A stretch of 64,000 nt of DNA from the human T2T-CHM13v2.0 reference genome, Homo sapiens. The stretch is from NCBI RefSeq assembly GCF_009914755.1, contig NC_060941.1, one strand, 5' to 3'. Position 1 is the first letter of the stretch. Every line of letters starts with the position of its first letter. A program made the position numbers and the translations under genes. The notes beneath the pieces are model-generated. The model was not told the DNA's origin. It saw only the letters and a list, made by a program, of their open reading frames with translations, and made no database searches. Positions 58,045-64,000 of this stretch are shown one piece after another.

Positions 58045-58340
58045 CCGGAACCCCGCCCCGCGCCTCCAGCCAATGAGACCGGAGCGCGCCCCCGGAGCCC
58101 CGCCCCGCGCCCCTAGCCAATGAGTCCGAAGCGCCTGCTCTCGGAGCCCCGCCCCCACGTCTCAGCCAATGAGCCCGGAGCGCGCCCTCCAGCAGCCCCT
58201 CCCTCACGTCCCGCAGCCAATGAACTTGGAACGCGCCCTCCCGGGGCACCACCCTCACGACCCTCAGCCAATGAGCCCGGAGCATGCCCTCCCGGGGCCC
58301 CACCCTCATGCCCCTAGCCAATGAACCTGGAGCGCGCTGC
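58045..58340 (+). repeat. Degenerate ~50-bp tandem repeat x6, each unit with AGCCAATGA
   Basis: CCAAT at 58070, 58117, 58166, 58217, 58268, 58318; unit approx CCCCGCCCC(N)CAGCCAATGAGCCCGGAGCGCGCCCTCCCGG. Confidence 0.9.
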
Positions 58341-58802
58341 CCCCTCTCAGCTTGCGGCCCGAAAGGCGCGCCAGTTCCTTTGTTCTCATTGGCCCGCACC
58401 AAGCGCTGCCTGCGCAGAGCCTGCTAGGAGTTGTAGTTCCCGCGGCCTCTCCCGGCGCGCCTTGTTCTTCCTGGATACTGAGGCCCCGACGCGGCTGTCG
58501 CGAGGGCGGGGGTCGGGGCTGCAGGCGGGGCAGGGCTGGGTGGGGGCGCGCGACGCACCTGCCTGCTTCCTGCACGGGTGGTCCCCAAGCACTGCGGGGC
58601 CCCAGCCCAAAGCGGACCTTGACTACCGCCCAGCCCCGCGCTCCCAGGACCTCCCGCCCGCGGAGCCCACTCGGATTGCTCTCCGCCCGGGTCGGCGGAG
58701 GCCCCGTCTCCTGTACCCGGCGCTGGGACTGCTCCGCACCGCGCGGCTCCCTTTCAGCAGCTGCGGGAGCATGCGGAGGAGGCCCTGCCGGCCCCGCGGG
58801 TC

Positions 58803-59022
58803 ATGGAGGAGTTCCGGCGCTCCTACAGCCGCCTGTGCAGGGAGAGTGGGGCCGAGCCCCAGGAGGCTGTCCTGCAGCAGCTGCACCAGCTTCCCAGGGG
58901 CCGGCTGGACCTGGCCACGCAAAGCCTGACGGTGGAGACCTGCAGGGCCCTGGGCAAGCTGCTGCCGAGGGAGACGCTGTGCACGGAGCTGGTCCTGAGT
59001 GACTGCATGCTCAGCGAGGAAG
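58803..59022 (+). CDS. LRRC45: LRRC45 exon 1 coding part
   Basis: GTCATGG; [16 protein letters not shown]...SDCMLSEE, donor G|GTGGGC. Confidence 0.95.
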
Positions 59023-61721
59023 GTGGGCAGGCGCGGCGGGGTGGATCCCTCTGCTCCTTAGCTGCCCACACCATTGCCTCGGCAGCCCGAGGTCGCTTCC
59101 TCTCCAGGCTCTCCAATTTCTGTGCCGTAGTTAAAGCGAGCAGGGGCGCCCCTTCCTGCACCTGGGAGTAGAGGGCAGTTCCTCTGTATGACGGGGGAGA
59201 GGCCTTAACATTCGCGGTCTTACCTGGTTCCCCGCGTGCAGAGCCGGCTTGGTGCCTGGCAGGGGCTGCAGGTGTTTCAAACATGACTTCGCAGCGAGAC
59301 TCTTGGCCAGCGCCAACCCAGACCATCGGGACAGTTGTCCCTTCCTGGGTCTAGGGAGCTGCCCTGAAAAGGGGCCCACGGGGAGGGCCTTGGGGTCAGC
59401 AGGGGCAGAGAGTGACCGCCGGCCCCCCTTACACAGGGGCCACACTGCTGCTCCGAGGCCTGTGTGCCAACACCGTGCTGCGCTTTCTGGACTTAAAGGT
59501 GAGATACCTGCACTCTTGAGTGTCCGAGTGTGCCACCCAAGGGCAAGAGGAGAGGTGGAAGATGCCAGGTCTCGGGGGCCTGGGGTCTGGGCAGGTGGCT
59601 GGAAGCTGTCTGTGAGTCCCCAGGCCGCTCTCTGATGGCCTCCTGTGTGTGACCATCTCCAGAGCAAGAGTTCACATTGGCAAACAAGCCGGCCCTTGGA
59701 AGCCCCCTGAAGACAGGGAGCCCAGGAGCTGAGGAAGGCTGCAGGGTGCACCCCAGGCTTGTCCCCTGGCTGACCAAGGCCCTTGGGGCATGGGCGGGAA
59801 TTCAGAGCCAGTCAGGGCACGCGAGTGACTACCGGCCTGTTTCTCTCCTAGGGCAACAACCTTCGGGCTGCAGGGGCCGAGGCTCTGGGAAAACTCCTCC
59901 AACAGAACAAGTCCATTCAGAGGTGGGTGGTGGTCCCGACCCCAGGCCCTGTCTCTGTGTGGTTGAGGATTGGCCCCGAGCACATGCTTCTGCAGCCCAA
60001 GAGTTCCCCATTGCCAGGTGCCCATGTTTCACATACGTTGGCAGGGGTAGGCAGAGGCTCCGGCCCATCAGACCCCAAGCCCACACCCGTCCCCAAGCCC
60101 TGGACCCCACGGGCTAGGCAGTCCCCTAGGTGAACACTGGCTTCTGCCCCTCCTGCAGCCTCACGCTGGAGTGGAACAGCCTGGGCACGTGGGACGATGC
60201 CTTCGCCACCTTCTGCGGGGGCCTGGCGGCCAACGGCGCCCTGCAGCGGCTGGACCTCCGCAACAACCAGATCAGTCACAAGGGCGCGGAGGAGCTGGCC
60301 CTAGCCCTGAAGGGCAACACCACCCTCCAGCAGCTGGGTGAGGCCTCCCAGGCGCCCTCAGGCTCCCTCATCCCTCTGAGGCTGCCTCTGCTCTGGGAAG
60401 TGAGGGGCTAGGGGACTGGCCTGTGCTCCTGCTCTGTTGATGACTGCAAGGCAGTGCCCCCTAGGGAAGCACCCCGGCCAGGCCAGCTCCCCCTCTGCCA
60501 GGTGCATTCTGTCTGGTGACTACAGGTTTCCTTCCAGACCTGCGCTGGAATAACGTTGGCCTCCTGGGGGGCCGGGCCCTCATGAACTGTCTCCCCAGCA
60601 ACAGAACCCTGTGGAGACTGGACCTGGCTGGGAACAACATCCCTGGAGACGTCCTCAGAGCCGTGGGTACGGTGCAGGGCTGTGTGGAGTGACGCGTGAG
60701 CCTTTGACAGAGGCCTGTCCACCGAGGGCGGGGTGCCGGGCTCAGGACGGGAACTGATGAGGAGAGCAGCCTGAGAGCCCAGGGGAAGCAGGAAGGAGCG
60801 GAGGGGTCGTGGGGCACCTGTTTGGCACTTGAATGGCGTTCGCCACACATGGGCACTGTCCGAGGCGCCCTGTGTACTTGCTGAGTTCTTAGGACCTGTG
60901 CAGTGGAGGGTGCCCGTTTCACAGCTGGGGAAGCTGAGGCCGTGTGGCTCACAGTCCTGGCCTTGGTGGCTTTGCTGATGCTTCGGGTGGCCCAGGTCTT
61001 GGCCTTGGCCAGGAAGGCTCCCTGGTCACCCTGAGTCTGTGGCCCTGCATGTGAGTCAGGTGAGGTGGGGCCCCCTGGCTTGTGCTGGCCTCCACACATT
61101 CCCTCCCACCAGCGACCCCGAATCCTTGCAGCTGATGTCTCAGCCTCAGGCCCCAGTGCCCCAGACTCAGCTGGGGACTTTGCCAGGCCCCCCGTACTCC
61201 CTAATCCGCGCACAGCGGCAGCCTCTTCCAGCCCCTGTGCTGAGGGCTCATCCCTCCTGCTGGTTCTGCCTGGCCTCTGACTCCAGCTGCGCCGTCCCTG
61301 GCTTCGCCTCGGCACTGCCCTGGTTGTTGTCATCCCTCCTGACCTCTGCCCCCTCGCCACATGCTACCCAGATCTTTCCAGAACTGAGCTGGGCACAGCA
61401 TTTGCCTCAGCATTGTGCAGTGCCCCTTGACCTTTGGGATGGTGGCCAGATGCCCCAGGATGGCCCTTGCCTTTTGCGGTGGAGCAGCTCCCACCACCTC
61501 TGCCCCACATGTGCACGCGCTCCCCAACACCAGGCGGCTCTTGCTCACAGCCCGAACCCCACAAAGCACTTCCACCCCCATGCACTGAGGGGGCACCCCT
61601 GACTTGCCGGGTGAGACGCTGCCCCACACGGCATAGATTCCCAAGCAGCCAGCCGCTGGGTGCAGGGCTGGTGGCCACCAGCTACTCCTGAGGCTAAGCA
61701 GCCCCGGGGTGACACAGCTCC

Positions 61722-61760
<39 letters not shown>

Positions 61761-63842
61761 CTGAGTTTCACTCAGTCACCCAGGCTGGAGTGCAGTGGCG
61801 CAATCTCGGCTCACTGCAACCTCCACCTCCCGGTTCAAGCGATTTTCCTGCCTCAGCCTCCCGAGTACCTGGGATTACAGGTGTGCGCTACCATGCCCAG
61901 CTACTTTTTTGTATTTTTAGTACAGATGGGGTTTCACCATGTTGGCCAGGCTGGTCTCGAACCCCTGACCTCAGGTGATCCACCCACCTCGACCTCCCAA
62001 AGTGCTGGGATTCCAGGCATGAGCCCCTGTGCCCAGCTGACACAGCTCCTTCTGCAGAGCAAGCCATGGGCCACAGCCAGGACCGGCTCACCACCTTCCA
62101 GGAGAACCAAGCCCGCACTCACGTCCTCAGCAAGGAGGTCCAGCACCTCCGGGAGGAGAAGTCCAAGCAGGTGAGGATGGCGCCTTCACTGACCTTGGAG
62201 CTGCTTATGGCTGGAGGGCCTGGCCACGTCCTTCCTCCCTCAGCCCCGTGGTCTGCCCATCTTCCCTTCCTCGGGGCCCTGGAGCCTCTCTGAGTGGCTG
62301 GTACCAGGAAGGAGGGGCGGCCTCCTGGTCTGATCTGCAGGTGGACTTCCTTGGGGAGCTGGCGTCTGAGCCCTGAGGCCTCGCTCTGCAGGGGCCACCC
62401 TTCCTGTGAAGGAGACAGGGCACCGTGGGTGGAACCCTCCGCTGCCTTGCCACATTGGTGGGCGCTGGCTCTCCTTCCCCCTGAGAAGGTCAGGTGGACA
62501 GGCTGCAGGTGCCCTGACAGGGCTGCGGCTGTCTCTGTCCCCAGTTCCTCGACTTGATGGAGACTATTGATAAGCAGCGAGAAGAGATGGCCAAGAGCAG
62601 CAGGTGAGCGGGCCCAGGGCAGGGGCAGGGTGAGGCTTCAGGGATCAGGTCCTGGCTCAGACTCAGATGGGACCAACCTGAGCCCACGAGTGAGGCCACG
62701 AGGAGGTCGCTGGAGGCTCAGTGCCCAGGCGACCATAGATGCTTAAGGAACAGCAGCAGCTACCGAGGCCAGAGGGGTATGGGAGCGCTCTGGGGTTTGG
62801 GTTACTCTCTGCACCCTCCTCTCTGCCCACAGGGCGTCGGCAGCCCGTGTAGGGCAGCTTCAGGAAGCCCTGAATGAGAGGCACTCCATCATCAACGCTC
62901 TCAAGGCCAAGTAAGTGGGGGGTGGCCTCAGGATACTTCAGAGACGTGCCCACAGGGCAGAGAAAGGTGGTGTGAACCTGTGTGCAAGTCCTGTTTGCAA
63001 AGCAGAGGTGGGAAATGGTGAGGCTGGGGCAGTAACCCAGAAGCCTTCCTGGAGGAGGCGGGTGCTGGCTGGGGTTGACTAGGTGCCCAGCAACAGTGAA
63101 AGCAGCGAGGCCTTTATAAGGCAAGTGAAACTCCAACCGGGGCGGGGGTGCTGCCCCTCCTTTCTGCAGGCTGCAGATGACAGAGGCCGCCCTGGCTCTG
63201 TCGGAGCAGAAGGCCCAGGACCTGGGGGAGCTCCTGGCCACAGCGGAGCAGGAGCAGCTGAGCCTGTCACAGAGGCAGGCCAAGGAGCTCAAGCTGGAGC
63301 AGCAGGTGGGTGGGCAGGGCTTGAGAGGGGTGGGCCAAGGGGTGCGTGGCGGCTTCGTGACCCTCACTACCCATACCCCGTTCCCCTCCCAGGAAGCTGC
63401 AGAGCGGGAGTCTAAACTCCTCAGAGACTTGTCTGCTGCCAATGAAAAGAACCTGCTTCTGCAAAACCAGGTAGCTGTGGTGGATGGAGCCAGGGAGCCC
63501 AGGGTGGGCGCGGCAGGGCTGGGCTGCAGCTTCCCTCCCTGGTGCCGGCTTTCAGGTAGACGAGTTGGAGCGGAAGTTCAGGTGTCAGCAGGAGCAGCTG
63601 TTCCAGACCAGGCAGGAGATGACCAGCATGTCAGCTGAGCTGAAGATGCGGGCCATCCAGGCCGAGGGTGGGCACGGGCAGGCCTGCTGTGGAGGGGCCT
63701 GGGGATGGGCACCGGGGGACGGGGGCCCCCAGGGGATGCTCACGCATACTCTGCCCACCCTGGGCTTCCAGAGCGCCTGGACATGGAGAAGAGAAGATGC
63801 AGACAGAGCCTGGAGGACTCCGAAAGCCTGCGCATCAAGGAG
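58803..63842 (+). CDS. LRRC45: LRRC45 centrosome-linker / distal appendage LRR plus coiled-coil protein; first 12 coding exons, 3' part outside window
   Basis: join(58803-59022,59437-59498,59852-59922,60159-60337,60538-60666,62058-62170,62545-62603,62833-62910,63170-63305,63393-63470,63556-63667,63772-63842) = 1308 nt open frame; RI-like LRRs (LxxLDLxxNxI) then coiled coil. Confidence 0.95.
59437..59498 (+). CDS. LRRC45: LRRC45 exon 2
   Basis: (G)[20 protein letters not shown], donor AAG|GTGAGA. Confidence 0.92.
59852..59922 (+). CDS. LRRC45: LRRC45 exon 3
   Basis: [23 protein letters not shown](S), AG/GT boundaries. Confidence 0.92.
60159..60337 (+). CDS. LRRC45: LRRC45 exon 4
   Basis: [59 protein letters not shown]. 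Confidence 0.94.
60538..60666 (+). CDS. LRRC45: LRRC45 exon 5
   Basis: (D)[42 protein letters not shown]. Confidence 0.93.
61724..62037 (-). mobile_element. Antisense Alu with (GT)n tail and 14-bp TSD, abutting the LRRC45 exon 6 acceptor
   Basis: TSD TGACACAGCTCCTT at 61710-61723 and 62038-62051. Confidence 0.9.
62058..62170 (+). CDS. LRRC45: LRRC45 exon 6
   Basis: (E)[37 protein letters not shown], donor CAG|GTGAGG. Confidence 0.92.
62545..62603 (+). CDS. LRRC45: LRRC45 exon 7
   Basis: [19 protein letters not shown](R). Confidence 0.92.
62833..62910 (+). CDS. LRRC45: LRRC45 exon 8
   Basis: [25 protein letters not shown](K), donor AA|GTAAGT. Confidence 0.92.
63170..63305 (+). CDS. LRRC45: LRRC45 exon 9
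   Basis: [45 protein letters not shown]. Confidence 0.92.
63393..63470 (+). CDS. LRRC45: LRRC45 exon 10
   Basis: [26 protein letters not shown]. Confidence 0.92.
63556..63667 (+). CDS. LRRC45: LRRC45 exon 11
   Basis: [37 protein letters not shown]. Confidence 0.92.
63772..63842 (+). CDS. LRRC45: LRRC45 exon 12
   Basis: (E)[23 protein letters not shown], donor GAG|GTGCCC. Confidence 0.9.
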
Positions 63843-64000
63843 GTGCCCTCTTCGTTGGCCTCTAATGCGCCTCAGTCTCTGGTCTTGGTGTCACGCAGGT
63901 GTCCCCAAAGCACACACCTGGTGGGAGCTTCCCTTGCCAACCTTGGGTCACTGGGTGGCCGTATTTTGCCAGCCTGAGCGGATGTCAGACCCAGAACCTC

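Larger units (their letters stand above)
57650..59060. promoter_or_regulatory. CENPX/LRRC45 bidirectional CpG-island promoter
   Basis: Divergent ATGs at 58020(-) and 58803(+); six CCAAT boxes 58070-58322; ACTACAACTCC (ZNF143/THAP11-type) on - at about 58427-58437; E2F-like TTCCCGC 58437-58443. Confidence 0.9.

Overview
Human (primate) GC-rich, Alu-dense DNA recognisable as 17q25.3. Exons were assembled by hand from GT-AG boundaries and the frames check. (1) Complete ASPSCR1 (TUG/ASPL/UBXD9), + strand: 16 coding exons, 12806-52481, 1662 nt = 553 aa + stop, plus a 282-nt in-frame cassette exon at 50234-50515. (2) Complete CENPX (STRA13/MHF2), - strand: 5 coding exons, 58020-54364, 81 aa. (3) The first 12 coding exons of LRRC45, + strand, from 58803, 436 codons, continuing past the window. 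CENPX and LRRC45 share a CpG-island bidirectional promoter built from six tandem ~50-bp CCAAT units. The first ~12 kb is intergenic (Alu, L1, MLT2, MIR); from general knowledge NOTUM lies just left of the window. Nearly all long ORFs in the track are GC-rich or repeat artefacts. Best leads: an apparent excess of high-affinity TCF/LEF sites clustered upstream of and inside ASPSCR1 introns (candidate Wnt enhancer array, possibly for NOTUM); a CLEAR-like E-box just before the ASPSCR1 ATG (possible ASPSCR1::TFE3 autoregulation); a 58-bp VNTR that multiplies the exon 9 splice donor; and a stop codon overlapping AATAAA in intron 12. No new protein-coding system is supported. Repeat boundaries are approximate.
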